Virus record (IMG/VR): IMGVR_UViG_3300035491_000249
Span: 1-39,218 of that record
Length of the DNA: 39,218 bases
DNA from: a virus
Lineage: Duplodnaviria > Caudoviricetes
Reading direction: 5' to 3' (one strand)
Shown here: positions 25,817 to 35,823 of the stretch, one piece after another
Numbering within the stretch: the first letter of the stretch is position 1
Layout of the letters: the number at the start of each line of letters is the position of its first letter
Notes under the pieces: model-generated
The model's database searches: none
What the model was told of the DNA's origin: nothing
The model's input: only the letters and a program-made list of their open reading frames with translations
Program-made: the position numbers and the translations under genes

Positions 25817-28588
25817 ATGGCAACGAATTTGCGGGTAGGGGTCACCATTGGCGCGGCGCTGGGCAGCGGCTTTCGCCGTGCCTTTGGGAGTGCCCGCAGC
25901 ACCGTTTCCCAGTTGGGGCGAACGGCGGATGACTTAGGCCGCCGGCATGATCGGCTGGGCTCGGTGATGAGTCGGGCGCTGTCGATGCCCTCCCGGGCGG
26001 TGGCGGCGCTGCGCCGGCAATATGACGGCCTGGGCCAGGCCGTGGATCGGTTGCGGGCCAAGCATGAGCGGCTGGCGGCGGCCGGTCAGGCCCGGGGGCG
26101 GGCGCTGAGCGAGGCCAGGGCCAACCTGCGCGGCGATGCGATGGAGGCCGCCGGCGAGGCGCTGGCGGTGGGGGCGCCGGTGGTGGCCAGCGTGGGCACG
26201 GCCATGCGCTTTCAGGACAGTGTGCGCGACATTGCGATCACCGGCGGTTTCGATGCCCAGGAGGAGGCTGCAGTGGGCCAGGCGGCCCGGGCGGCATCGC
26301 GCCAGTTCAACCAGACCACGGAGGCGGTGCTGCAGGGCATGGCGGTGCTGACCGCCGGCGGCATGGATAACGCCCAGGCGCTGGCGGCCTATGCGCCCAT
26401 TCTGGCCAAAACAGCGACTGCCACCCGGGCCAGCATGGACGATCTGGGGGCGGTGGCGGTGTCGCTGCGGGACAGCCTGGGGGTGACCGAGAGCGGGTTT
26501 GAAGGCGCGCTGAACATGCTGGCCTATGCCGGCAAGCGCGGTCAGTTTGAGCTGGCGGACATGGCCAAGTGGTTGCCGCAGCTGGCCCCCATGTACGACG
26601 CCATGGGGGTGAGCGGTGCCGAAGCGGTGGCCGAGATTGGCGCCGCGCTGCAGGTGGCGCGCAAGGGAGCCGGCAGCAACGACGAGGCGGCCAACAACTT
26701 CAAGAACTTCCTGTCCAAGCTGTTTGCGCCGGAAACCCTCAAGAGCTTTGCGGATGCCGGGATCGACATTAAGCAAAGCATGATGAGCCTGCGCAGCCAG
26801 GGCTTTACCCCCATGCAGGCCATGCTGGAAACCATCACCCTGTATTTGGGCAAAAAGGGCCCGGAGGCCGCCAGTGCCTTCACCAAGGCGCGCGAGGCGG
26901 CCCTGGCCCGGCTGAACGAGGCCTACAAGCTCGGCGAGCTGTTTACCGACATGCAGGTGATGTCGTTTATCCGCCCCGCCATTGCCAACCGTGACGAAAT
27001 GGCGGATATCCAGCGCGGTGCCGAAGCGGCGGCGAGTGAGGGCGGCCTGGATGCGGACTTTGCCGCCCGCATGGAGGTGGCCACGGAAAAAGCCAAGCGC
27101 TTCAGGGGCGAACTGAACCTGCTGGGCATTGGTGTGGGCACCGCGCTGCTGCCTGCGCTGGGCTCGCTGCTGGATGTGGTAACGCCGGTGCTGTCTGCCG
27201 TGACCGACTGGGTGAGCGCGCACCCGAACCTGGTGGCCGGGGTGGTGGGGGTGGTCACCGCCCTGGTCACCGCCAAAGTGGCCATGCTGGGGTTTCGCTT
27301 CGGGGCGCTGTTGCTGGCGTCGCCGGTGGTGTCGCTGTTTACGCGGTTTAACCAACTGGCCGCCGGGGTGCTGAGGCTGAGGACGGTGGCCCAGGCGGGG
27401 ATATTTACCCGGCTGATTGGGCGCTTGGGGGCAGTCGGCCGAGGCGCTTGGGTGGCGACAAGGTGGCTGGCCGTGTCTTTGTTTGGTGGCGTGATGCGCG
27501 CCGGAATGGGGGCGCTGGGATTGGCGCGAGTCCTGGGGGGCACCTTGCTCAGGGGGCTGACCTTGGCCGGGCGGGCGGTGTTGTTCCTGGGGCGGGCACT
27601 GTTGATGAACCCCATCGGCCTGGCGGTGACCGCCATTGCGGCCGGTGCGTATCTGATATACCGCCACTGGGACACGCTGGGCCCTTGGTTTCGCAACCTG
27701 TGGGGCGGCATCAAGTCGGCCTTTGGCAGCGCGCTGGCGGGCATTCGCTCGGCCTGGTCCGGCATTACCGGCTGGTTCGGCGGCCTCTGGCAGGAGCTGA
27801 AAGCCGGCGTAAGCGGCGGCCTGGGCGGCATTGGCCAGCTGATTGTGAACTTCTCGCCGCTGGGCCTGTTCTACCGCGCCTTTGCCGGGGTAATGAGCTG
27901 GTTTGGGATTGACCTGCCCAAGCGGTTCAGCGAGTTCGGCGGCAACCTGATCGGCGGCCTGGTGGAGGGCATCAAGAACAAGCTGGCGGCGGCCAAGGAG
28001 ACCATTGTTGGCTTTGGTTCCAATGTGAAGGGCTGGTTCGCCAACACCCTGGGCATCAAGTCACCCAGCCGGGTGTTTGCCGGCTTTGGTGACAACATCA
28101 GCCAGGGCGTGGCCATGGGAATGCAGCGTTCCCAGGGGCTGGCCACCGGCAGCGCAGCCGCGCTGGCCCTGGCCACCACCACCGCCTTTGGTCAGCCGGC
28201 ACTGCCGCAACCCCTGGCGGTAAACATGGCCAACCAGGCGCAGCAGGTGCGGCAGCAGCTGAAGCCTGCAGCGGTGCCCGCCCTGGCGACGCAGACCCAG
28301 CTGATACGGCAGCGGCTGCAACCGGCTGGGCGGCCTGAAGTGGCAGAGAGGACGGCACTGGCCCAACGGCTGACCACCGCCCAGCGGCAGCAGACCGCCC
28401 CGGCGGGTCAGGGCGGTCAGGGAGCCACCATTACCTTTGCCCCCACCATTACGGTGACCGGAGCGCGGGATACTGCTGCCGTGCGCGAGCAGGTGAGCGA
28501 GGCCACCCGGCTGTCGTTTGTGGAGTTCGAGCGCATGATGCGCCGGTATGAGTCGGAGCAGCGCCGCCGGCGCTATGGAGATATCTGA
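25817..28588 (+). CDS. Tail tape measure protein
   Basis: Long Ala/Gly-rich helical protein; GKRGQFELADMA, NPIGLAVTAIA and LGIKSPSRVF. Confidence 0.92.
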   Translation: MATNLRVGVTIGAALGSGFRRAFGSARSTVSQLGRTADDLGRRHDRLGSVMSRALSMPSRAVAALRRQYDGLGQAVDRLRAKHERLAAAGQARGRALSEARANLRGDAMEAAGEALAVGAPVVASVGTAMRFQDSVRDIAITGGFDAQEEAAVGQAARAASRQFNQTTEAVLQGMAVLTAGGMDNAQALAAYAPILAKTATATRASMDDLGAVAVSLRDSLGVTESGFEGALNMLAYAGKRGQFELADMAKWLPQLAPMYDAMGVSGAEAVAEIGAALQVARKGAGSNDEAANNFKNFLSKLFAPETLKSFADAGIDIKQSMMSLRSQGFTPMQAMLETITLYLGKKGPEAASAFTKAREAALARLNEAYKLGELFTDMQVMSFIRPAIANRDEMADIQRGAEAAASEGGLDADFAARMEVATEKAKRFRGELNLLGIGVGTALLPALGSLLDVVTPVLSAVTDWVSAHPNLVAGVVGVVTALVTAKVAMLGFRFGALLLASPVVSLFTRFNQLAAGVLRLRTVAQAGIFTRLIGRLGAVGRGAWVATRWLAVSLFGGVMRAGMGALGLARVLGGTLLRGLTLAGRAVLFLGRALLMNPIGLAVTAIAAGAYLIYRHWDTLGPWFRNLWGGIKSAFGSALAGIRSAWSGITGWFGGLWQELKAGVSGGLGGIGQLIVNFSPLGLFYRAFAGVMSWFGIDLPKRFSEFGGNLIGGLVEGIKNKLAAAKETIVGFGSNVKGWFANTLGIKSPSRVFAGFGDNISQGVAMGMQRSQGLATGSAAALALATTTAFGQPALPQPLAVNMANQAQQVRQQLKPAAVPALATQTQLIRQRLQPAGRPEVAERTALAQRLTTAQRQQTAPAGQGGQGATITFAPTITVTGARDTAAVREQVSEATRLSFVEFERMMRRYESEQRRRRYGDI

Positions 28589-29475
28589 TGTACGCGGTAT
28601 TGGGAGAGATTGAATTTATTCCGCTGACCGGCTTTGACTCTCTGGAAGAGCGGCTGGGGGCGGACTATGCGGAGCACCCGCTGATTGGCCGCAAGCCCAA
28701 GCTGCAGTTTGTGGGCGACAAGCTGGACGAACTGCGCGGCACCCTGCAGCTGCACCGCTCGTTCTGTGACCCCGGGCAGGAACTGGCCCGCCTGGAAAAG
28801 GCGATGGACGATCATGAGCCCATGGCGCTGGTGATGGGTAACGGTGACCATAAGGGGCACCATGTGATCACCGAACTGGTGATCACCGGCAAGCATCACA
28901 CCCCGGACGGCACCGAAATCGCCGTGACGGTGGAGCTTAACCTGCTGCAGGCTGATGACACCCCGCGCCGCCGGCAACCGCCGGGCTTTGCGGGCTCGCC
29001 GTTTTCCGGCGGGCTACTGAGCGGTGTGCCGGTGCTGGGCAGTCGCCTGGCTGCCGTGATATCCGGCGCCAAGACCGCCATGACCATGGTCAGTGGTGCC
29101 TTGCGGGTGGCGTCGTCGGTGCGGGCCATGGCCGCTCAGGATCCGCTGACAGCCCTGACCCGGATGCCGGGGCTGGCAAGCGAGCTGGGGCGAAGCGTGC
29201 CGCTGCTGAGCGCGGCCGGCGAGGGTATGGGAGCGTTTTCCGGGGTGGCGGGGGTGGCCAATGATGCCGCCGCCACGGCAGCCGGGCTGGGCGCGCTGGC
29301 GGCCGACGGTGAACGTTTGCGCAGCATAGTGGCGCAGGCGGACGGAGACAGCCTGGCGTCGTCGCTGTCGCTGATGGAAATATACACCAACAATATGGCC
29401 GGCAGGCTGGACGCTCTGGCCCAGCCCATGGCCCGCATGGCGGCCAGGGCGGCCACCCGGGAGGTGACCGCATGA
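28588..29475 (+). CDS. P2 GpU-like tail protein with Ala-rich extension
   Basis: MYAVLGEIEF and YAEHPLIGRKPKLQFVG. Confidence 0.8.
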   Translation: MYAVLGEIEFIPLTGFDSLEERLGADYAEHPLIGRKPKLQFVGDKLDELRGTLQLHRSFCDPGQELARLEKAMDDHEPMALVMGNGDHKGHHVITELVITGKHHTPDGTEIAVTVELNLLQADDTPRRRQPPGFAGSPFSGGLLSGVPVLGSRLAAVISGAKTAMTMVSGALRVASSVRAMAAQDPLTALTRMPGLASELGRSVPLLSAAGEGMGAFSGVAGVANDAAATAAGLGALAADGERLRSIVAQADGDSLASSLSLMEIYTNNMAGRLDALAQPMARMAARAATREVTA

Positions 29476-29693
29476 CCCAGTATCTGCCCCATGTGACGCG
29501 GGAAGGCGAGCGCTGGGATCTGCTGGCCTGGCACTACTATCGGGACGTGAGCAAAATGCCCGATCTGATTGATGCCAACCCTCATGTTGCAGTGACCGAG
29601 GTGCTGCCCTCGGGCGTGACCCTGTATGTGCCGGTGCTGCCGGCCCCGGTACTGACCCTGAACCACGGGCTGCCGCCCTGGAGGCGTGGATGA
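29472..29693 (+). CDS. Tail protein X (LysM-like)
   Basis: TREGERWDLLAWHYY..ANPH..LPPW. Confidence 0.85.
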   Translation: MTQYLPHVTREGERWDLLAWHYYRDVSKMPDLIDANPHVAVTEVLPSGVTLYVPVLPAPVLTLNHGLPPWRRG

Positions 29694-30736
29694 GCTGGCA
29701 ACCCGCGTACCGGCTGAGCTACAACGGCCAGGACATTACCGCCGACATTAACGACTTTGTGCTGGGGGTGACCTATGTGGATAACCTGTCCGGCGAGGCC
29801 GACGAGCTGAACGTCGAGCTGGAAGACACCGATGGCCGCTGGCTGAATGACTGGTATCCCGAGCATGGTGCGGCCCTGACCCTGGCGCTTGGCTATGAGG
29901 GTGAAGCGCTGCTGCCGATGGGGGAGTTCGACGTGGACGAGCTGGAGTGCTCGGGGCCGCCCTCGGTGGTGCGTATTCGCGCTCTGGCGGCAGGGCTTCG
30001 CAAGCCGGTGCGCAGCCGGCGCAGCCGGGGTTATGAGCAGACCACCCTGGACAAGGTGGTGGCCCAGGTGGCCCGGCGCATGGGGGTGCAGCTGAAAAGC
30101 GAGATTGACCCCATACCGCTGGACCGGCTGACCCAGTACCAGGAAAGCGATCTGCAGTTTCTGACCCGGCTGGCGGACGAATACGGTTACATCTGCAAGC
30201 TGATGGACAACGGCGCCAACCTGGTGTTCTGGCGGCGGGATGCACATTACAGCGCCGAGCCGTTACGTCGGCTGACCATGGCGGACGTATCAACCTGGTC
30301 GGTAATGGATAAGGTGGGCGAGGTGCCCGCAAAGGTAACCACTCAGTATCACCGGCCGGAGAAAAAGCAGTTGATGATGGCCACGGTCGTTAATGGCGAA
30401 ACCAAGCTGGTGCCGGCAACAGGGGTGTCGAGCAGCGCCGACGAGGTGAAGCTGTCGCGCCGGGCGGGCAGCCAGCAGGCGGCGGACGCCCAGGCCCGGG
30501 CGGAGCTGGACCGGCGGGCGCTGGAGCGTACCCGGGTGGAGCTGAGCCTGCCGGGCGATCCCGCGCTGCTGGCCGGGGCCATGGTGGAGTTGGCCGAGTG
30601 GGGCCGGCTTTCGGGCCGCTATGTGATTAACCAGGCCCGCCATGAGCTGAGTCGTTACCAGGGCTACGGGGTGACGCTGCGCCTGGCGCGCACGGCTCCG
30701 GCATCAGTCCAGGAGAGGGAGCCAGGCAATGAATAA
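29690..30736 (+). CDS. Baseplate hub (late control D-like)
   Basis: YVDNLSGEADEL, QYQESDLQFLTRLADEYG and GRYVINQARH. Confidence 0.85.
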   Translation: MSWQPAYRLSYNGQDITADINDFVLGVTYVDNLSGEADELNVELEDTDGRWLNDWYPEHGAALTLALGYEGEALLPMGEFDVDELECSGPPSVVRIRALAAGLRKPVRSRRSRGYEQTTLDKVVAQVARRMGVQLKSEIDPIPLDRLTQYQESDLQFLTRLADEYGYICKLMDNGANLVFWRRDAHYSAEPLRRLTMADVSTWSVMDKVGEVPAKVTTQYHRPEKKQLMMATVVNGETKLVPATGVSSSADEVKLSRRAGSQQAADAQARAELDRRALERTRVELSLPGDPALLAGAMVELAEWGRLSGRYVINQARHELSRYQGYGVTLRLARTAPASVQEREPGNE

Positions 30737-31205
30737 GACCCTGCTGGAAGCGGTGGCCACCTTTCGCACCGGACTGGTGGTGGCGGTGGACGAGCGCCGG
30801 GTGCGGGTGAAGGTGCGGGTGCCCGACCTGGACAACCTGGAAACCGGCTGGCTAATGGTGCTGGCCGGCAAAGCCCAGGACGACAAGGAGTATTGGCTGC
30901 CCGACGAGGGCGAGCAGGTGGCGGTGCTGCTGGACATGCGCGGGGAAGATGGCCTGGTGCTGGGAGCTGTGTATTCCGAGGTGGATGCACCGCCGGTGGT
31001 CAGCCGGGACAAGTGGCACCGGCGCTTTAAAGACGGCAGCAGCTTCGAATATGACAGGGCCACGCACACCTATGCTGCCACCGTAGGGAACAGCCAGCTA
31101 CACATGGATCGGGGGCAGTTGCGACTGCACTCCAATGGCAGTGAGCTGGTGATGGATAGCTCGGGGGTGAGGGTCAACGGCAAGCGAATTGATTTGAACG
31201 AATAA
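30729..31205 (+). CDS. Baseplate spike (gpV-like)
   Basis: ETGWL, WLPDEGEQVAVLLD, GLVLGAVYS and FKDGSSFEYDRATH. Confidence 0.88.
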   Translation: MNKTLLEAVATFRTGLVVAVDERRVRVKVRVPDLDNLETGWLMVLAGKAQDDKEYWLPDEGEQVAVLLDMRGEDGLVLGAVYSEVDAPPVVSRDKWHRRFKDGSSFEYDRATHTYAATVGNSQLHMDRGQLRLHSNGSELVMDSSGVRVNGKRIDLNE

Positions 31206-31258
31206 ACGGCATTTATGGGCTGTTTATCAACGTCTGAAAACGAACGCAGGAGGATGTT

Positions 31259-31546
31259 ATGCCAGCAGTAACGAGACAGGGGGACCAGTGTGCCGGCCAT
31301 GGGGCCTTTCCGCCCAGGGCCAGCGTGGCGGGTTCGCCAAATGTGTTTATCAATGGCCGGCCGGCGCACCGCCAGGGCGATGGCTGGGAAACCCACTGCA
31401 ACGATGTGCCCGTGTGCCACGGTGGCAGCCTGGCCGCCGGCTCGGCAACGGTGTTTGTGAATGGCCGGCCGCTGGGCCGGGTGGGTGACCCGGTGGACTG
31501 CGGCTCAGCCGTGGCCGCCGGCTCCCCGGACGTCTTTGCCGGTTGA
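31259..31546 (+). CDS. PAAR-domain spike tip protein
   Basis: MPAVTRQGDQCAGH, VFINGRPAHRQGD and RVGDPVDCGS. Confidence 0.9.
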   Translation: MPAVTRQGDQCAGHGAFPPRASVAGSPNVFINGRPAHRQGDGWETHCNDVPVCHGGSLAAGSATVFVNGRPLGRVGDPVDCGSAVAAGSPDVFAG

Positions 31547-31561
31547 TCCCGCTTTTTTGGT

Positions 31562-31603
31562 TAATTCCCTTTAATTCCCTCCCATAGCAGGCGGGGCCAT
31601 TAT
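31562..31603 (+). promoter_or_regulatory. Late promoter motif (baseplate wedge operon)
   Basis: TAATTCCCTTTAA-23 nt-CATTAT; ATG follows 7 nt after the -10. Confidence 0.6.
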
Positions 31604-31610
31604 GGCCCCC

Positions 31611-31955
31611 ATGAGCCTGATCCAATCTGCCCACTGGCAACCGGCGCTCGGCGCTGACGGCATCGTCGAGCAACTGGCGGACATCCACCAGTCGATACGC
31701 ATCATTCTGACCACGCCCCAGGGCGCGGATCCGCTGCGACCGGAGTTTGCCTGCAATCTGCACCGCTACCTGGACTGGCCGCTGGAGCGGGCCCGCCCGC
31801 ACCTGGTGCGCGAAGCGGTAGCAGCGGTGAGCCGCTGGGAGCCACGCATTGCACTGGAGCGGGTGCAGGTAGAGCAACTGGCACCGCATCAGCTGGGCCT
31901 GCGGGTGCGCTGGCGTTGGGCTGACCAAATTCAGGATACCGAGGTGCCGCTATGA
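31611..31955 (+). CDS. Baseplate gpW/gp25-like protein
   Basis: DIHQSIRIILTTPQGADPLRPEF and WEPRI. Confidence 0.88.
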   Translation: MSLIQSAHWQPALGADGIVEQLADIHQSIRIILTTPQGADPLRPEFACNLHRYLDWPLERARPHLVREAVAAVSRWEPRIALERVQVEQLAPHQLGLRVRWRWADQIQDTEVPL

Positions 31956-33052
31956 CGCTGCCGACATTCATCGATAACAACCCGGAGCAGATCACCCGTG
32001 AGTTGATCGCCTCCTACGAGGCGATGACCGGCAAGACCCTGTACCCGGGGCAGGTGGAGCGACTGCTGATTGACCTCTGGGCCTATCGTGAGTCGCTGAC
32101 CCGCTCGGCCATTAACGATGCGGCCCGGCAGAACCTGGTGCGATTTGCCCGGGCTCCCATGCTGGATTATCTGGGCGAGCTGGTGGGTGTGACCCGGCTG
32201 CCGGCCCGCCCGGCCCGCACTCAGGTGCGAGTGAGCTTTGCTGCGCCCCTGGTCAGCGGCCTGATGATTGAAGCGGGACGGCGTGCCGAGACCGGGGCCG
32301 GGGTGCAGTTCGCCACCGAGCAACCGGTGGTGGCGCCCGCCGGAGCGACCAGCGTGGAGCTTGCCGTGGTTGCGGTGGTGCCGGGCATGGCCGGCAACGG
32401 CTATGTGCCGGGACAGCTGAACCGCTGGGTGGATGAGCTGTCGGTGGAATCGACGCTGGCCAATATCACAGTGACCAGTGGTGGCGCCGATCAAGAAACC
32501 GACGACCGGCTGCGTGAGCGCATCATGCTGGCCCCCGAGAGCTTTTCCGTGGCGGGCAGCCGGCTGGCGTATCGCCACCATGCCATGTCGGCCCATCCCG
32601 ACATTGTGGATGTGGCGGTGACCAACCCGGAGCCGGGGGTGGTGCGACTGCATCCGCTGATGCGCGGTGGCGCGCTGCCCGATGCCGCCGTGCTGGCTGC
32701 TGTGCTGGCTACCTGCTCCGACGAGAAAGTGCGCCCGCTGACCGATACCGTGGAGACCGCCGCGCCCGAGGTGACGAACTATGCCCTGAACGCGCACTTA
32801 ACGCTGTTTTATCAGGGTGATCAGGAGCGAGTGCTGGCGTCCGCCACGGCAGCGGCCGAGGCGCTGACGGAGAAGCTGCGCACCCGGCTGGGGCAGGATG
32901 TGGTGCCGTCCCAGTTTGTGGCGGCGCTGTCGGTGCCAGGGGTGTACCGGGTAGACCTGCCGGCTCCGGCGACCTTGCTGGCGGTGCCCGAGCAGGGCGT
33001 GGCTCTGTGTACCGGCATTCACCTGCAACTGGCGGGGGTGACCCATGGCTGA
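31952..33052 (+). CDS. Baseplate J-like wedge protein
   Basis: GGADQETDDRLRER, SVAGSRLAY and VRPLTD. Confidence 0.9.
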   Translation: MTLPTFIDNNPEQITRELIASYEAMTGKTLYPGQVERLLIDLWAYRESLTRSAINDAARQNLVRFARAPMLDYLGELVGVTRLPARPARTQVRVSFAAPLVSGLMIEAGRRAETGAGVQFATEQPVVAPAGATSVELAVVAVVPGMAGNGYVPGQLNRWVDELSVESTLANITVTSGGADQETDDRLRERIMLAPESFSVAGSRLAYRHHAMSAHPDIVDVAVTNPEPGVVRLHPLMRGGALPDAAVLAAVLATCSDEKVRPLTDTVETAAPEVTNYALNAHLTLFYQGDQERVLASATAAAEALTEKLRTRLGQDVVPSQFVAALSVPGVYRVDLPAPATLLAVPEQGVALCTGIHLQLAGVTHG

Positions 33053-34514
33053 TGCCATTGCCAACGTGCTGGCCGGTGATCCCCGCTTCAAGGCGCTGGC
33101 CGACCTGAGTGACCGGCTCGGCAGCCTGGATAAGGCGGCGCTGCTGGTTTACCTGGTGGATCTGGTGACCCCTGAAGCGCTGCCGCACCTAGCTGAGCAG
33201 TTCCATGTAATGGGGCTGGAGGGCTGGGCGGCGGCCGACACTGAAGACGCCCGCCGGCAACTGATTAAGCAGTCCATTGAGCTGCACCGCCACAAAGGCA
33301 CCCCCTGGGCCATGAAGCGTGCCCTGGCTCCACTGGGGCTGGAGGTGGAACTGATAGACAGGCAGGCGCAGAGGGCGGCGTTTGCGGCCCTGTCGCCGCA
33401 CTATCTGGACGGCAGCTGGCGACTGAATGGCGCCGTGGCCATTCGCCCGCTGGGCGACCTGCTGGGCATGCCGCAAATTCAGCACTGGGCCGAGTTTATT
33501 GTGCGCACCAACCTGGCCGAGGTGCACCAGCCCGGCGCCCTGGCATTGCTGAAGGCGCTGGTGGATGAATGGAAGCCGGCCCGCAGCCGCCCGCTGTTCG
33601 TGTACTGGCTGGCCTTTGTTATTCAGCTGCTCATTCGCATGGAGAGCGAGGCGGTACTGACCAAGGAAGTGGCCATGCGCTACCCCTGGCCGGGCCGGGT
33701 GGTCAGCAGCGAACCCGACGCCCGCTGGCGATTGGGCCGCGACGGCGAAACGGTGCGATTGCCGCAGCCGTTCGGCACCTTTGCCTTGGGCGAGCTGAGG
33801 GGCGGCAAGCCAGGCTGGCGACTACGGGCCGAACGGGTGCTGAGCGAGGCGCTGATGCAGGCCTACAGCATCACCACCGTATACGGTCCGCCGCGCCTGG
33901 CGCAGCGCCACCTGGACGGCACCTGGCGGTTAAGCTGTGCCGCCGCCTCGGCGGCGGGCGAGACTCGCCTGCAAAAGAGTGCCGAGCTGGTGATGGCTTC
34001 CGAGCTGACAAGTGTGGTGCATGAGCAGGGCGAGACTGCGCCGCCGCGCCTGTCTGGGCAGCACCGGCTGGTGCCCTGGATGAGGCTGAATGGCGGCTGG
34101 ACGCTGGGCGGCACTCGCTCCGTCGGCCTGCGCTTTGGGCAGAGGTTGGGGCGTAATAACCCGATTGATGTGGAGAGTATGTCCACGCTGCAGGTGCATG
34201 GCGAGACGTACGCCAGCCCCGAACGGCTGACCAGGCCGGCCATTATCCGCCTGGGGCGCTGGCCCCGGCGGCTGGACGGCAGCTGGCACCTGGGTGCCGA
34301 GCAGCGGCTGGGTCACTTTCATCTGGATGGCCGGCCCCTGCGCGCACCGCGCCTGAGCTGGGCGAACCGTCTGGGCCGCTTTGCGCTGATGCGCACCACC
34401 GCCAGTGGGGGTCCGCAAGTCACACCCCGGCGCCTTCCGCTCGACGGCAGCTGGCGACTGGGCGGGCCGGCCGCCCCTGAAAGCGAAATTCGAATTATCA
34501 AGGAGGCTCCATGA
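33045..34514 (+). CDS. Tail protein I-like protein with repeated LDGSWxL extension
   Basis: LPHLAEQF and SIELHRHKGTPWA at the N-terminus; motif repeats further on. Confidence 0.8.
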   Translation: MADAIANVLAGDPRFKALADLSDRLGSLDKAALLVYLVDLVTPEALPHLAEQFHVMGLEGWAAADTEDARRQLIKQSIELHRHKGTPWAMKRALAPLGLEVELIDRQAQRAAFAALSPHYLDGSWRLNGAVAIRPLGDLLGMPQIQHWAEFIVRTNLAEVHQPGALALLKALVDEWKPARSRPLFVYWLAFVIQLLIRMESEAVLTKEVAMRYPWPGRVVSSEPDARWRLGRDGETVRLPQPFGTFALGELRGGKPGWRLRAERVLSEALMQAYSITTVYGPPRLAQRHLDGTWRLSCAAASAAGETRLQKSAELVMASELTSVVHEQGETAPPRLSGQHRLVPWMRLNGGWTLGGTRSVGLRFGQRLGRNNPIDVESMSTLQVHGETYASPERLTRPAIIRLGRWPRRLDGSWHLGAEQRLGHFHLDGRPLRAPRLSWANRLGRFALMRTTASGGPQVTPRRLPLDGSWRLGGPAAPESEIRIIKEAP

Positions 34515-34891
34515 GCAACACCGTTACCGCGAACCTGTTTCGCAAAAAGAAGGCCACGCTGCTACGCCATGGCGGCCAGGCGGCAGCCGTTACTCACATG
34601 GCCTTTGGCACCGGTGGCCACGGGTCCGACCTGAAGCCGTTGCCGGCCGACCCCAATGCCGCCGGCCTGCGCAACGAAGTGCTGCGCAAACCGTTGCTGC
34701 TGGTAACCCAGGAAGATGATTACTCGGTGACCGCCAAGGGGCGAATCGAAAAAAGCGAGCTGATCGGGGCTTACATCAGCGAAGCCATGCTGGTGGACAG
34801 CGCCGGTGACCCGGTGGGATTCAAAACCTTCGCCGCCAAAATCAAGGAAAGCGACGAAGCCTATGACGTCAGCATTAAGGTGCGTTTTTAA
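34511..34891 (+). CDS. Tail collar/fibre-base-like protein
   Basis: THMAFGTGG and ISEAMLVDSAGD..KTF..K.K pattern of tail-fibre N-terminal modules. Confidence 0.6.
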   Translation: MSNTVTANLFRKKKATLLRHGGQAAAVTHMAFGTGGHGSDLKPLPADPNAAGLRNEVLRKPLLLVTQEDDYSVTAKGRIEKSELIGAYISEAMLVDSAGDPVGFKTFAAKIKESDEAYDVSIKVRF

Positions 34892-34903
34892 CAGGAGGCC
34901 GAC

Positions 34904-35821
34904 ATGGCATTACCTCACAGCAAGATAACCCCGCTGCCGAACACCGAGCCCGAAGCGGTGCCGGATTTGTGGAACACCCGTTATCTGGAAATTGACAAGA
35001 ACTTCAAGAGCCTGGACGACCGCACGACTGGCAACGAGCAGGAGCTGGTGCAGGCGCGGGGTGGCAAAACATCGCTCAAGGCCGCCCTGGATGAAATCAG
35101 CAGCCGGGTGGGTACGACCGAGCCCGATTACCAGGAAGCGCTGCACTTTGAAGTGCGCCGGCAAATGGAAATGTCGGCCCTGGCCTTTGCCGAGCAGCGC
35201 AAGACCCTGGGCATGCGCATTCAGCAGGGGGAAGTGGTGTTGCAAAACCGGGGCGTGCAGCAGGGCATGACGGTAACCAAAAGCACCACGGCCACCCGCA
35301 ACCTGAATATTGCCAAGGGGCGCTTTTTCCTGGGTGGCCGGCTGCACACCATGCCGGCCCGCGAAAACGATGCGGTGGTGCCCGCCAACACCAGTGCGCA
35401 GACCATGACCTGCACGGCCTACGTGTGGCTGAACGGCAACCGCCCTGAGTTTGACGTCACCCCGCTGGGGCAGGACGTGCCCGCCGGCGCGGTGGCACTG
35501 TACCGGCTGACCGTGCCGGCCTACTCCGCCGAGGGCTCCGACCCCCAGCTCGCCCAGGTGACCCTGACCGATATTCGCCGGCTGGAGCCCGATTACCCGG
35601 TGATGCTGGACAGTCCGGCCCAGCACATGGTTGCCCTGGCCGCCCAGCTGCCGGTAAGCGACTGGCAGCTGAGCCTGGATGTGGTGGCCGCTGCCGGTGG
35701 CGTGGTGGCACCGCACCAGGTGCAGGTATCCGCCCGGGCCAGCAACGGCTTTCGACTGACACTGGCGCACTTCGCCGACGATGTGCGCATTCGCTATACC
35801 CTGACCAAAACGGGAGTTTAA
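34904..35821 (+). CDS. Putative tail fibre/adaptor structural protein
   Basis: AGGAGG RBS; position between the collar gene and the DGR target. Confidence 0.6.
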   Translation: MALPHSKITPLPNTEPEAVPDLWNTRYLEIDKNFKSLDDRTTGNEQELVQARGGKTSLKAALDEISSRVGTTEPDYQEALHFEVRRQMEMSALAFAEQRKTLGMRIQQGEVVLQNRGVQQGMTVTKSTTATRNLNIAKGRFFLGGRLHTMPARENDAVVPANTSAQTMTCTAYVWLNGNRPEFDVTPLGQDVPAGAVALYRLTVPAYSAEGSDPQLAQVTLTDIRRLEPDYPVMLDSPAQHMVALAAQLPVSDWQLSLDVVAAAGGVVAPHQVQVSARASNGFRLTLAHFADDVRIRYTLTKTGV

Positions 35822-35823
35822 AC

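Noticed and set aside
23116-27667. Long minus-strand ORFs (e.g. 662 aa and 577 aa, and similar ones elsewhere)
   Set aside because: Antisense shadows of GC-rich structural genes, with no motifs or RBS support.
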